In this document: piece after piece, positions 27,295 through 38,160 of the stretch
Numbering within the stretch: position 1 is the stretch's first letter
How the letters are laid out: the number at the start of each line of letters is the position of its first letter
Origin: an uncultured Bacteroidales bacterium
GTDB taxonomy: Bacteria; Bacteroidota; Bacteroidia; Bacteroidales; UBA7960
Direction: 5' to 3'
Length of the DNA stretch: 51,445 nucleotides
Assembly: GCA_964410015.1 (NCBI GenBank)
Contig: CAYPFV010000003.1
Span: forward strand, 1-51,445
Program-made: the position numbers and the translations under genes
The notes under the pieces: model-generated
Database searches by the model: none
What the model was told of the DNA's origin: nothing
Seen by the model: the letters and a program-made list of their open reading frames with translations, nothing else

Positions 27295-28314
27295 TTATAG
27301 TTCACTTCTTGGTATAATTTCCAGATCTCCTACTATTCTGGTATCATACTCACCTTCAGGATTTGAAAAAATGAAAAATGCTTTCAGATTATCTGTGTTT
27401 TCAACAAATTCAGTAGCTTTTTCCAGTCCCATTACCATAAAAGCAGTAGCATAAGCATCTGCTTCCATACAAGTTTCAGCAAATACTGATGCACTAAGCA
27501 AGTTATGTTTTACAGGTTTTCCTGTTTTCGGATCAATGGTGTGCGAAAACCGTTGGCCTCCTTCTTCGTAGTATTTGCGGTAACTACCAGAGGTTGCCAG
27601 CGCCTGGTCTGTTACTTTCACCAGGTATTCCCATTCCTGTTGTGCGTACCTATCTTCAGCTGGTTTTTCCAGTCCGATACGCCATTTAGACCCATCAGGT
27701 TTTAGCCCTTTTGCTACCAGGTCGCCTCCAATTTCAACCATATATGTTTGCACTCCTTTTTCTTCTAAAATCTTACCTGCCAGATCTGAAGCGTATCCTT
27801 TAGCAATAGCATTGAAATCGAACTGTATTTCAGGAATTTCTTTGATAACCTTATTCCCTTCTATCCTTACCTTTTCATAACCTGTTATACTGAGCATGCT
27901 ATCGATCCTGACCTGATCCATATTTTGGCGGTTTTCAAAACCAAATCCCCATGCATTGACAAGAGGAGAAACGGTAGGATCGAAAGCACCGTTGGTTTTT
28001 TCGGCAATAGCGATACTTTTTTCCAGGACAGATAAAAAATATTCATCTGCCTCATTTGTCTCATTTCGGTTAATTTTTGATATTACAGAATTAGGTACGT
28101 AATAGGATAGCGATTCATTAAATGAATCAAAAAAAGATTCAATTTCAGGTTCATAATTAGTTCCCTGTTTATCATAATAAGAAATGGTGTAGTAAGTACC
28201 AAAAACTTCCCCTTTCAGAATTACGAGTTGCATCTCCTTTTGCCGGTTTCCACAACTGGCATTCAGCAAAAGAGATACTCCAATGATAAATAATATTTTA
28301 TGCATGTTTTTCAT
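27295..28314 (-). CDS. apbE: FAD:protein FMN transferase lipoprotein
   Basis: Lipobox-like LNASC, GAFDPTV, DFNAIAKGY, VEIGGD, ATSGSYR, HTIDPKTG, ADAYATA; start at ATG 28314 or 28305. Confidence 0.93.
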   Translation of the reverse strand: MKNMHKILFIIGVSLLLNASCGNRQKEMQLVILKGEVFGTYYTISYYDKQGTNYEPEIESFFDSFNESLSYYVPNSVISKINRNETNEADEYFLSVLEKSIAIAEKTNGAFDPTVSPLVNAWGFGFENRQNMDQVRIDSMLSITGYEKVRIEGNKVIKEIPEIQFDFNAIAKGYASDLAGKILEEKGVQTYMVEIGGDLVAKGLKPDGSKWRIGLEKPAEDRYAQQEWEYLVKVTDQALATSGSYRKYYEEGGQRFSHTIDPKTGKPVKHNLLSASVFAETCMEADAYATAFMVMGLEKATEFVENTDNLKAFFIFSNPEGEYDTRIVGDLEIIPRSEL

Positions 28315-29215
28315 CGTTATTTTGAGTGTGTAAAGGTTCGGTATGAACTGAAATATGGGTTTCTTCTCCATATTTTCTTCTCAGTGATTTTTCAAGGTCA
28401 GTAGCAATATCGTGAGCCTGTTCGATGTTCAGATGATTTTCAACTTTTATATGAATATCAATGGCAATATGATTTCCAATTTTTCTTGTTTTGAGTTCAT
28501 GTGGAAAGTGCACTCCATCAACCTCATGGGCAATATTTAAGATTTCTGATTCTTTTTCTTGAGATAGAGATGTTTCAATGAGTTCAAGCAATGTGTCGCG
28601 TGTAATGGTAAAGGCAACTTTAAAGATAAAGAATGAAACGATTAGTGCTGCAAGAGGATCGAGAATAACCCATTTGTTTCCCAGAAAAATAGCCCCAGCA
28701 ATACCCGCAAAAGTTCCTAAAGAAGAATACACATCGCTTCGATGATGCCAGGCATTGGCTATTACTGCCTGACTATTTGTTTTTTTACCTGTTTTTAGTG
28801 TATATCTGTAAAGCAGTTCTTTGACAATTACCGATCCGATGGAGGCGTATAAGGCAGCCATTCCGGGTTGTTCCAGTATATTTCCCTGATAAACATAATA
28901 TATTTTAGAAAGTCCACTGTAAAGTAATCCGGAACCGACCATTATCAGCACTATGCCCACAAAAGCTGTGGCAAGTGTTTCTACCTTACCGTGTCCGTAT
29001 TTGTGATTATGGTCTCGGGGTCTGCCTGCCACAGATAAACTTCCCAATACTACCAGGTCGGTTGCAAAATCGCTGATAGAATGAATCCCATCGGCAATCA
29101 TTGCAGTGCTTTTGGCCAAAATTCCGGTAATAATCTTGATAAGTGTAAGAACAAGATTGACAATAAACCCAATTAAAATAACCTTACGAGCCTGGGAATT
29201 TGCTAATTTTTCCAT
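28298..29215 (-). CDS. Cation diffusion facilitator (FieF-like) transporter
   Basis: ADGIHSISD, HKYGHGKVE, AWHHRSD, C-terminal VHTEP; start at ATG 29215. Confidence 0.9.
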   Translation of the reverse strand: MEKLANSQARKVILIGFIVNLVLTLIKIITGILAKSTAMIADGIHSISDFATDLVVLGSLSVAGRPRDHNHKYGHGKVETLATAFVGIVLIMVGSGLLYSGLSKIYYVYQGNILEQPGMAALYASIGSVIVKELLYRYTLKTGKKTNSQAVIANAWHHRSDVYSSLGTFAGIAGAIFLGNKWVILDPLAALIVSFFIFKVAFTITRDTLLELIETSLSQEKESEILNIAHEVDGVHFPHELKTRKIGNHIAIDIHIKVENHLNIEQAHDIATDLEKSLRRKYGEETHISVHTEPLHTQNNDEKHA

Positions 29216-29232
29216 AAGGAGCAAAATTAGAT

Positions 29233-29260
29233 AAAAAACCCCGGGCATTTCGCCCGGGGT
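29233..29260 (-). terminator. Intrinsic terminator of the nqr operon
   Basis: Minus strand ACCCCGGGC-GAAAT-GCCCGGGGTTTTTT. Confidence 0.85.
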
Positions 29261-29269
29261 CGTATTATT

Positions 29270-30532
29270 TTATCCTCCGAAGTCGTCTAAATCAATATTT
29301 TCTTCGGGAACACCAAGGTTATCGAGCATTTTAAGTACCGATTCGTTCATGATGGGTGGCCCGCAAAGATAATATTCTACTTCTTCAGGTTCTTCGTGTT
29401 TGCTAAGATAATTATCAAGAGCCACCTGGTGGATAAAGCCGGTATATCCATCCCAGTTATCTTCAGGTAGCGGTTCAGAAAGTGCGATATGAAATTTAAA
29501 ATTAGGAAATTCTTGTTCTATCTTTCTGAATTCATCTTCATAAAAAACTTCTCTTTTTGAGCGTGCACCGTACCAATAAGAAACCTTTCTATTGGATTTC
29601 AGGGTATGGAAAAGATGAAAAATGTGTGAGCGCAAAGGCGCCATTCCTGCCCCGCCACCAATGTATACCATTTCTCTTTCTGTGGGTTTGATGAAAAAAT
29701 CGCCATAAGGACCGGAAATGGTTACTTTATCGCCGGGTTTACGGGAAAAAATATAAGAAGAACAGATTCCGGGGTTCACCTTCATAAACTGGTTTTTCTC
29801 TCTGTCCCATGGGGGTGTGGCAATACGTACATTTAGTTTGATGATATTTCCTTCTGCCGGGTGATTGGCCATAGAATAGGCGCGGAAAATGGGTTCAGGG
29901 TTTTTCATTTTCAAATCCCACATATTTAGTTTATCCCAATCTTCGCGGAATTCGCCTTCTACTTCAATATCTTTACTAAAATCTACTTCGCATTCCGGTA
30001 CATCAATCTGAATATATCCTCCCGACTGGAATTCAAGGTTTTCACCTTCAGGGAGTCTTACAACAAATTCTTTGATGAAAGTTGCCACATTTTTATTGGA
30101 AACTACCTCGCATTCCCATTTTTTAATACCAAATATCTCTTTAGGCACTTGTATTTTCAGGTCTTGTTTTACTTTTACCTGGCAAGATAATCTCCATTTT
30201 TCCTGTATTTCCTTGCGGCTAAAATAACCCACTTCCGTGGGGAGTATATCTCCAGCACCTTCAAATATCTGGCATTTGCACATAGCACAGGTGCCGCCTC
30301 CGCCACATGCACTGGGAAGGTATATCCCTTGCTCAGAGAGAGTGGAAAGCAGTGTGCTTCCCGAATTTGCTTCTATTTCTTTATCTTCATTTATAGTGAT
30401 TTTAACGGGTCCGCTGGGAACAAGTTTATGTCGTGCGTATAATAAAACACCAACCAGCAATAGCATAATTCCTAAAAACATCACAACACTGAGGGTTATC
30501 ACCCACATGTTGTTACTTAGCAGAAAAAGCAT
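29270..30532 (-). CDS. nqrF: Na+-translocating NADH:quinone reductase subunit F
   Basis: [12 protein letters not shown] 2Fe-2[22 protein letters not shown], terminal DDFGG. Confidence 0.96.
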   Translation of the reverse strand: MLFLLSNNMWVITLSVVMFLGIMLLLVGVLLYARHKLVPSGPVKITINEDKEIEANSGSTLLSTLSEQGIYLPSACGGGGTCAMCKCQIFEGAGDILPTEVGYFSRKEIQEKWRLSCQVKVKQDLKIQVPKEIFGIKKWECEVVSNKNVATFIKEFVVRLPEGENLEFQSGGYIQIDVPECEVDFSKDIEVEGEFREDWDKLNMWDLKMKNPEPIFRAYSMANHPAEGNIIKLNVRIATPPWDREKNQFMKVNPGICSSYIFSRKPGDKVTISGPYGDFFIKPTEREMVYIGGGAGMAPLRSHIFHLFHTLKSNRKVSYWYGARSKREVFYEDEFRKIEQEFPNFKFHIALSEPLPEDNWDGYTGFIHQVALDNYLSKHEEPEEVEYYLCGPPIMNESVLKMLDNLGVPEENIDLDDFGG

Positions 30533-30557
30533 GATAAATTTTCTTTAAGTTAATAAA

Positions 30558-31175
30558 TTAAAGTTCAATTCCCATGAAACTCATAAAGGCAATTCCCATC
30601 AGTCCGGTAATGATATAAGTAATACCAAGTCCACGCAGCGGAGCAGGAACATTTGAATATCTGATTTTTTCGCGAATAGCAGCAATACCGGCAATGGCTA
30701 TAAACCAACCAACTCCGCTTCCTAAACCAAAGGAAACGGCTTCACCCAAGTTGGCATAGTTTCTCTCTTGCATAAATAGTGAGCCTCCCAGTATAGCACA
30801 GTTTACAGCAATAAGCGGCAGAAAGATACCAAGCGAACTATATAATGTAGGACTGAATTTTTCAATAATCATTTCTACCAACTGAACCATAGCCGCAATA
30901 ATGGCAATAAACATGATGAAGGTGAGAAAACTAAGATCAACATTTGCAAACTGCGGCGATATCCAGGTTAAGGCACCACTGCCCAAAATAAAGTTTTCAA
31001 GCAGATAGTTAACAGGCACAGTTATTCCTAGAACGAAAATCACTGCCAGACCAAGCCCTACTGATGTTTCAACAGTTCGCGATACAGCCAGATAAGAACA
31101 CATGCCTAAAAAGTAGGCAAAAATCATGTTGTCAATAAAAATTGATTTTACGAAAATATTTAAATACTCTTCCAT
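30558..31175 (-). CDS. nqrE: Na+-NQR subunit E
   Basis: [23 protein letters not shown]. Confidence 0.95.
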   Translation of the reverse strand: MEEYLNIFVKSIFIDNMIFAYFLGMCSYLAVSRTVETSVGLGLAVIFVLGITVPVNYLLENFILGSGALTWISPQFANVDLSFLTFIMFIAIIAAMVQLVEMIIEKFSPTLYSSLGIFLPLIAVNCAILGGSLFMQERNYANLGEAVSFGLGSGVGWFIAIAGIAAIREKIRYSNVPAPLRGLGITYIITGLMGIAFMSFMGIEL

Positions 31176-31228
31176 TATAATTCTTTTTTGATTTATATTG
31201 AATTGGTTTGTTTATAGTGTTGATGATC

Positions 31229-31891
31229 TTAACTTACATCCACAAGTTCGCGGTTTTTATACCTTTGAATCCATATGATTACTCCCACAGTAATGAGAGC
31301 CATAGGTGGAAGAATCATCAAACCATTATCAACATATCCGATATCATACATAAAATTGGGTACTACCTGGTATCCCATTAATTTTCCTGAACCTAACAAT
31401 TCTCTTATGGCTGCCACGAGCAACAGAATGGATCCATATCCGGCAGCATTACCAATACCATCTAAAAAAGAAGGCCATACTTTATTGCTCAAAGCAAAAG
31501 CTTCCAAACGACCCATGATGATACAGTTGGTAATGATCAAGCCTACAAAAACTGATAGTTGCCGGCTTACATCATAAACAAAGGCTTTTAATACCTGGTC
31601 TACAAGGATTACCAGCGAGGCAATTACCGTTAATTGTACAATAATTCTGATACGTGGGGGTATTCCATGACGGAGCAGCGAAATAATAACGTTGGAAAGT
31701 CCCATTACAGCTACGACTGAAATGGCCATAACCAATGAAGCTTTTAACTGCACTGTAATAGCCAGAACAGAGCAGATTCCCAGCACCTGCACAGTGATAG
31801 GATTGTCTTTACCTATGGGGTCGCTGAGTAACTTTTTATTCTTTGCTGATAATAGTTTTTCTTTGGGTTTATTTTCTTGTGTATCACTCAT
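31229..31891 (-). CDS. nqrD: Na+-NQR subunit D
   Basis: NPITVQVLGICS, GLIITNCIIMGRLEAFA. Confidence 0.95.
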   Translation of the reverse strand: MSDTQENKPKEKLLSAKNKKLLSDPIGKDNPITVQVLGICSVLAITVQLKASLVMAISVVAVMGLSNVIISLLRHGIPPRIRIIVQLTVIASLVILVDQVLKAFVYDVSRQLSVFVGLIITNCIIMGRLEAFALSNKVWPSFLDGIGNAAGYGSILLLVAAIRELLGSGKLMGYQVVPNFMYDIGYVDNGLMILPPMALITVGVIIWIQRYKNRELVDVS

Positions 31892-32586
31892 AGCATGGAT
31901 ATCTTTTGTTTTTTAAAATAGGGTTCATAAACTTTTAAACCATTTCTTAGCATATCTGTAACACCGTTAGATGTAATAGTTCCGCCACTGATTCCATCAA
32001 CGGCATAAGGATCATCATCGGGTGCATCCCCTTTTACAACTACCGGTGGATTAAAATTTCCCTGCTCATCAAATATTCTTTTACCTGTAAATTGTACTTC
32101 AAATGGTCTATCGCCAATTTCAGCACCCAGTCCGGGGGTTTCGCTTGCATGGTCAAAATTAGCACCTGCGATGGTTGTCAGGTCGCCTCTAAAACTGAGA
32201 TAACCCCATATCGGGCCCCACAAGCCTGTACCTCTTACGGGTACTATGTAAAAATTTTCACCTTCTACATCTGCAATGTATATCGGTAGTTTTCTTTGAT
32301 CGGCCGGCTTTCGGTTTTCTTCTTTCAGGTCTATCTCAAAAGCATCGCCTTCAACTTCTTCTCCCTTGTTATTCAATACTTTGGTAGTTGTAATGTAGCG
32401 ATCAAACATTTCAATTGCTTCTGATTTACTGGCATCGATTTCGATGGTGGAAAGGATGTTTTGCATCTTTTCTATCTGCATATTTTTTTGTTGCATAGGA
32501 TTTAGTAATGTTGATGTAGCGGACAACACAATTGCCACAACAATCACCATTACAGATGCATACATAAACACATATTTATTACTCAT
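31888..32586 (-). CDS. nqrC: Na+-NQR subunit C
   Basis: GLWGPIWG, ETPGLGAEI, FMN attachment motif DGISGGTITS. Confidence 0.95.
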   Translation of the reverse strand: MSNKYVFMYASVMVIVVAIVLSATSTLLNPMQQKNMQIEKMQNILSTIEIDASKSEAIEMFDRYITTTKVLNNKGEEVEGDAFEIDLKEENRKPADQRKLPIYIADVEGENFYIVPVRGTGLWGPIWGYLSFRGDLTTIAGANFDHASETPGLGAEIGDRPFEVQFTGKRIFDEQGNFNPPVVVKGDAPDDDPYAVDGISGGTITSNGVTDMLRNGLKVYEPYFKKQKISML

Positions 32587-32597
32587 TTCGGTTAATT

Positions 32598-33785
32598 TTA
32601 AGTAGTGATTTTTGTATTGCTTTGTAGTTTTATATTTTGCATGCGTCGCAACCGTCTTTTTATATTGCTTTGCACTACATAATGATCGATAAGCGGAGCA
32701 AACACATTCATAAACAAGATGGCAAGCATCATTCCTTCAGGATAAGCAGGGTTTACTACCCTGATAAGAACAGTAAGTATGCCTATGAGGGCACCATAAA
32801 TATATTTTCCCATTTCCGTTTGCGAAGCTGAAACCGGATCGGTGGCCATATATACTGCACCAAAGGCAAATCCGCCCATAATCAGATGCTTGTAAGCAGG
32901 CATGGCCATAAAATCATTAATGGCAAAGGCATTTAATATCAACCCCATAAACATACCACCTGCAAATACAGATGCCATTATTTTCAGACTCCCCACACCT
33001 GTGATGATAAGAATGGCTGCGCCCAAAAGTATTGCCACCATAGAGGTTTCACCAATCGAACCTGGTATAAATCCCATAAACATATCATAATCGCTGAACA
33101 ATGTACCTTCTCCTGATGCCATAATGGCCAGGGCAGTTGCGCCTGAAAATCCATCAACGAGTTGTTGCCCTTCCTGCAGTGTTGTATCTATCCAGACCTC
33201 ACCTGAGAGATAAGAAGGATAGGCGAAAAACAGAAATGCACGCGCCAGCAGAGCAGGGTTTAGAATGTTCATACCAGTTCCGCCAAATACCTCTTTACCA
33301 ATTACAACTGCAAAGATAGTGGCAACTGCTACCATCCATAGCGGGATGGTTACGGGTAAAACCAATGGTATCAACATACCCGATACCAGGAATCCTTCAT
33401 TTACTTCGTGGTCTTTTACTGTAGCGAAAATAAATTCTACTACCAATCCTGAAATGTAACTTACAATGACAATGGGTAGAACCTTTATGAGCCCGAAAAC
33501 CACCTGATCCATAAAAGAAACTTCAAGTCCCAATGCTTTGTAATGCTGAAAACCTACATTCCAGATACCAAAAAGAAGGGTGGGTATCAGGGCAATGATT
33601 ACATGCACCATGGTACGTTTCATATCCATAGCATCTCTTATATGGGCGCCTTTTCTGGTAACATCTCCGCGCACATACAGAAATGTTTCGAAGGCTTCGA
33701 AGGTACGGTAGAGTTTCTCAAATCGTCCACCCTTTTCAAAATTGGGTTTTACTTTTTCTTCAACAAAATTTATCAATGCTTTCAA
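32598..33785 (-). CDS. nqrB: Na+-NQR subunit B
   Basis: KEVFGGTGMN, FMN site SGAT, GSIGETS, MATDPVS; TTG start. Confidence 0.95.
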   Translation of the reverse strand: MKALINFVEEKVKPNFEKGGRFEKLYRTFEAFETFLYVRGDVTRKGAHIRDAMDMKRTMVHVIIALIPTLLFGIWNVGFQHYKALGLEVSFMDQVVFGLIKVLPIVIVSYISGLVVEFIFATVKDHEVNEGFLVSGMLIPLVLPVTIPLWMVAVATIFAVVIGKEVFGGTGMNILNPALLARAFLFFAYPSYLSGEVWIDTTLQEGQQLVDGFSGATALAIMASGEGTLFSDYDMFMGFIPGSIGETSMVAILLGAAILIITGVGSLKIMASVFAGGMFMGLILNAFAINDFMAMPAYKHLIMGGFAFGAVYMATDPVSASQTEMGKYIYGALIGILTVLIRVVNPAYPEGMMLAILFMNVFAPLIDHYVVQSNIKRRLRRMQNIKLQSNTKITT

Positions 33786-33856
33786 TTTCTAATGCTTTTA
33801 AAGTTTATCAATGCTTTTGCATTTGTAATGGGTTATCAATAATGATGCGAAACAGA

Positions 33857-35218
33857 TCACGCAAATTCTTGTCTCATGGTGTCGAGTCCCTCTCTGATAC
33901 ATTCCTGTATCTCTATTTTTGAAGGACAAACATATTCACACAGGGCAAAGTCTTCGGGTGCTACTTCATAAATACCTAATTTTTCCATCATATCAATATC
34001 GTTAATCATGATAGATTTTAATAATTGCATTGGCATTATATCCATGGGTAATACTTTTTCATACAATCCTGTAATCACAAATGGTCTTTCCCCACTTCTG
34101 ATATTTGTATTGTGTCGAAATTTTTGACCAGGGATGAGAGATGAGGGAAAGGTAGGGGACACACTGAATTTGTCGAAATTGGGTGCTATCCATCCAAACA
34201 GTTCAGGTTGATCGCCTTCAGGAAGGATTGTTATCATATCGTCATAAAACCTCAGGAAATCATTTTCTTCCAGTTTGGTGCCCGTAAGTGCTGTTCCGCT
34301 GATAAAACGTGGATGCAGACCTTCCTCTTTTCTTACATTGTTTTGAACAATATCTTTTACAGAAGCACCATTTGTAACATTGTAGTATCTGGGATTTAAA
34401 ACCTCTGATCCGGCAAGGGCAATTTTTTTCCGGGCATCATAAATACCTTTTGAAAATAACCGACCGAGCATAATAAGGTGTTGTATGCCAATATACCATA
34501 CCAGGTCTCCTTTATTAATGGGTGAGATATGATGAATCTGAATTCCTACATTTCCTGATGGATGAGGTCCTTTAAAAGAGTGGATTTTCACATTTTCAGC
34601 ATTAATAAATGCTTTATTTTTTGTCTTTTCAGCATGTATTCCCAGGTGTACTTCTCCTTCTGTTAGTTGGGCGAGCACATCCAATCCTTTTTGAAAATCA
34701 TCTTCCTGTCCATTGACTATAAAATCCATGTCAGGTGCTAATGGAGAAGAGTCGAAGGCAGAAACAAAAATGGCTTTGGGTTTTTCATCAGGATTGGCAA
34801 CAATAGAATAAGGTCTTTGGCGAACAGAGGGCCACAATCCACTTTGAAGAATTTTTTCCACAATTTTTTCTCTGCTTAATAAACCAGGTTCTGCTGCACC
34901 AAAATCCAGATAACTATCCTCAGGGTCTGCTTCGATCACTATCCGCAAAATCCGTCTTTTTTCTCCCCTGACCAAAATCTTAAATGTACCACTCACAGGA
35001 GAGGTGTAAATGATTTTTTCATTGTACTTATCGAAAAACAAAGGGGAACCTGCTTTTACTTTTTCTCCTTCTTTGACCATCATTTTTGGTGTTAGTCCAT
35101 GAAAATCAATAGGAAAAACAGCATAATGAGAAGAACGGGGGGCATCATTAAGAATTTTTTCTGCCTCGCCTTTCAGAGGAATATTCAACCCTTTTTTAAT
35201 CTTGATTACCTTTGACAT
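33857..35218 (-). CDS. nqrA: Na+-NQR subunit A
   Basis: IKIKKGLNIPLKG, GPHPSGNVG, EDFALCEYVCPSK. Confidence 0.95.
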   Translation of the reverse strand: MSKVIKIKKGLNIPLKGEAEKILNDAPRSSHYAVFPIDFHGLTPKMMVKEGEKVKAGSPLFFDKYNEKIIYTSPVSGTFKILVRGEKRRILRIVIEADPEDSYLDFGAAEPGLLSREKIVEKILQSGLWPSVRQRPYSIVANPDEKPKAIFVSAFDSSPLAPDMDFIVNGQEDDFQKGLDVLAQLTEGEVHLGIHAEKTKNKAFINAENVKIHSFKGPHPSGNVGIQIHHISPINKGDLVWYIGIQHLIMLGRLFSKGIYDARKKIALAGSEVLNPRYYNVTNGASVKDIVQNNVRKEEGLHPRFISGTALTGTKLEENDFLRFYDDMITILPEGDQPELFGWIAPNFDKFSVSPTFPSSLIPGQKFRHNTNIRSGERPFVITGLYEKVLPMDIMPMQLLKSIMINDIDMMEKLGIYEVAPEDFALCEYVCPSKIEIQECIREGLDTMRQEFA

Positions 35219-35344
35219 TTCTTTTTTACTTATATAAAATTATTTTTAGAGCAAATTTATGGATATTTTTACATCTTTGAAATATTTTTACCTTCTGAAT
35301 TTCGTTTAATTTATTGAAATATAAACATAATTAACTATGTATAA

Positions 35345-36784
35345 GTGATGAAGCATTATCAACATTATTTCTTTAATAACTTTCTTTTACTTTTAGGAAA
35401 AAAAACAACTCAAGGCATCCCACTGAATGTCATCCTGTTGTTTTTTGTTTTTTTTATGATTACAAATCCGGGAAAAACCGGCGATAATGGAAAATTTTCT
35501 TCATTAAGTAAAGAGAATGAATCAGAGCATGAAAACATTCTAAATCAACCGCCAGATGAGGATTATTACCAAAAGAACTTTATGAAATATGGTGATTTTG
35601 TTTATCAAAACAACATAAAAAGTGTTTTGTTTAACCGTAAAAACTGGGAATTATCACCACCAATAATAGAGATGAATTCTTTAGAAAAATTGGTTTTACG
35701 TTTTGATGATATGGATGCGGACTTTAAAAATTATGCTTATACCATCATACATTGCAATGCCATGTGGAAACCCTCCGATCTTCAGCAATATGAGTATATT
35801 GAGGGGTTTTATGAAGATCGGATTGAAGATTACAGTTTTTCGGTAAACACCAGGATGCCTTATACGCATTATCATCTTGAGATTCCAAATCCGAATATGA
35901 AACCACTTATCAGTGGAAATTATATATTGAAAATTTTCATTGATGGAGACCCCGATGATGTGGTGCTTACCCAAAGATTTATGGTTTTTGAAAGGCATCT
36001 TACCGCTAATGCCGAAGTGAAACAGGCAACCAATCTGAATCAGAGAAAAACTCATCAGGAAATTGATTTTACGATCAATACTTCGGGCTACAGTGTTTCA
36101 AATCCTTACCGCGACCTTAGGGTGGTGATTACACAAAACGGAAGATGGGATAATGCTATTTTTGATCTTGAACCCCGGTTGGTGCAGGGAAATGAATTGA
36201 TCTATGATTACGAGAATGAAAACTTATTCAGGGGTGTCAACGAATTCAGAAGCTTCGATATAAAAAGTTTACGATACCGAAGTCTGAATGTTCAAAGTAT
36301 CACCACAGGTAGAGAAGGGTGGTTGGTAGAACTTTCAGAAGATCAAAGCAGGCAATTTCTTCAATATACCAGCAGAGAAGATATAAACGGGCAATTTCTG
36401 ATCAAAACAGAGGATTACGATAATGATTTCTTGGAAAGCGATTATGCATATGTTGATTTTTTTCTTGAACTTTCCAAACCCCTTGCTGATGGTAATGTTT
36501 ATGTAATGGGTGATCTTACAAGCTGGAATTTTACTGATCTCAATAAAATGAAATACAATTATCAGCGCTCGGGCTATGAGCTTTCCTTGTTACTCAAGCA
36601 AGGATTTTATGATTATATGTATGGTTTTCTTGAAGATGGAGAAGAAACGGCAGACCTAACCAAATTTGAAGGGAGCCATTCTTTTACTGAAAACAATTAT
36701 TCTATCTACATTTACCACCGGAAGCCAGGAGATTTTTTCGATAGTTTAGTGGGTGTTTCGCATATTAATTCTTCAATCAGGTAG
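35345..36784 (+). CDS. DUF5103-like protein (putative type IX secretion plug protein)
   Basis: YTIIHCNAMW, YTHYHL, SGNYIL, QNGRWDNA, NEFRSFD, LKQGFYDY, TENNY motifs; start uncertain. Confidence 0.7.
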   Translation: MMKHYQHYFFNNFLLLLGKKTTQGIPLNVILLFFVFFMITNPGKTGDNGKFSSLSKENESEHENILNQPPDEDYYQKNFMKYGDFVYQNNIKSVLFNRKNWELSPPIIEMNSLEKLVLRFDDMDADFKNYAYTIIHCNAMWKPSDLQQYEYIEGFYEDRIEDYSFSVNTRMPYTHYHLEIPNPNMKPLISGNYILKIFIDGDPDDVVLTQRFMVFERHLTANAEVKQATNLNQRKTHQEIDFTINTSGYSVSNPYRDLRVVITQNGRWDNAIFDLEPRLVQGNELIYDYENENLFRGVNEFRSFDIKSLRYRSLNVQSITTGREGWLVELSEDQSRQFLQYTSREDINGQFLIKTEDYDNDFLESDYAYVDFFLELSKPLADGNVYVMGDLTSWNFTDLNKMKYNYQRSGYELSLLLKQGFYDYMYGFLEDGEETADLTKFEGSHSFTENNYSIYIYHRKPGDFFDSLVGVSHINSSIR

Positions 36785-36822
36785 TATCTTCTAATATCTA
36801 AAAAAAAAATCATCTCAGGCTT

Positions 36823-37338
36823 TTATAAAAATTTTCTCGCCTCTGCTTTTACAAAATCAAGTGCTTTGCGTGTTGATAGTTTTGTAATGCTCAATTCAAG
36901 AACCGCTTTGCTGAGATCGGTAGCGGATGCTTTTTCATCTAACTTTCCTGCCGAAATATTTATTTGCTGTATCAATTCCTCCTTGGCATTTTTCACCTTA
37001 TCCCATGCCTCGGGTGAGATGTAAAGCTGTTGCGACAAGTTATGGTCGTATTCTTCCCGAATGGTTTGAATTAATAATTGCTGAAACTGTTTGACCGTCA
37101 GATTGGGTTTGTTGATACGCATGATCAGATTTCCGGGAGATATTCTCTCCAGGAAAAGTACAGTTCTTTCATAAGCCTGTAACCGAACCGGGAATGATAA
37201 TTTTTGTTTTTCCTGTAAAAGAGTAAAACGACGGTTTTCGTTTTCTTTTTTGAAAAATTCTTTCAGGATCATCCATGCTGTGATAAAAACCACAACAGAA
37301 GGTATAGTAAATTGAAGGGTTTTGAAAATTGTTTCCAT
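36823..37338 (-). CDS. Conserved Bacteroidota membrane-anchored hypothetical protein
   Basis: N-terminal TM helix; RLQAYER...LERISP and EYDHNLSQQLYIS motifs. Confidence 0.75.
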   Translation of the reverse strand: METIFKTLQFTIPSVVVFITAWMILKEFFKKENENRRFTLLQEKQKLSFPVRLQAYERTVLFLERISPGNLIMRINKPNLTVKQFQQLLIQTIREEYDHNLSQQLYISPEAWDKVKNAKEELIQQINISAGKLDEKASATDLSKAVLELSITKLSTRKALDFVKAEARKFL

Positions 37339-37534
37339 GACTTTTTGGGGTAAAGTTAAAAGTAATAACGATCATTTCTCCTCATGCATTGCAAATGTTT
37401 ACAAATTATTTTGTGTAGCACAAAACAAGTATTGTAGATCAGTACTATTTGCTTGAAAGTGAAAAGAAAAATAAAAAATTAAAAAAAACAATTTTTCCCG
37501 AATTTTTGTCAGACACTTTTCTGACAATATGTTT

Positions 37535-37632
37535 GATGAACCGAACCATGATCTTATTATTGACAAACACACGGATGATTGTAATTTCTCAAAACAGCAA
37601 AAAGTAAAAAAAACAAATTTTTGTCACGCTCT
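37535..37632 (+). repeat. Degenerate copy of the modular repeat
   Basis: GATGAACCGAACCATGATCTTATTATTGACAAACACACGGATGATTGTAATT matches the CCATGA...ACACACGGATGATT module. Confidence 0.7.
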
Positions 37633-37908
37633 TTTGTTTATTCCACTTTTTTGAGCATTCAAAGTCGTCAGACGAGTAAAAGTATGTATAGAGATCAATA
37701 CCTGGATTTTTCTAACCCCGGATTTCTTTCAATTGAACCATTTCGTTGATCAGATGGTTTGAATTTATTTGCCGGATATGATTTTAAGGTTTTTGCTATA
37801 TCAATGATTATCAAATGATCAATTTTTTATCAGGTATATTTCATATATTTGCCGTCCGAAAAGCCTTGTCAGTTTTTATCATAATAAAACTGGAATTTTG
37901 AAGTATGG

Positions 37909-38109
37909 TGAACCGAGCCATGACAAAAATTTTGACACACACGCACATGATTATAATGCGCGGCATGTAAAGCATGCAGTCAGACTGTTAGCGAGCTCCA
38001 TCTGACCTATTTAATCAAATTATAAACAGATGAAACCTCCATGATTGGCTTAAAACACACACGAGCATGATTATTGGCCAAAGAGCAAAGCGCGTAGCGC
38101 TGACATTAT
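37909..38109 (+). repeat. Array of the modular dispersed repeat
   Basis: TGAACCGAGCCATGACAAAAATTTTGACACAC, core at 38017-38034, second module, then GCAAAGCGCGTAGCGCTGACATTAT identical to the reverse complement of 51391-51415. Confidence 0.92.
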
Positions 38110-38160
38110 GGTAGAAATCTTATTATCTCATTGAAATACATCCTATAAATTAAAAAATAA

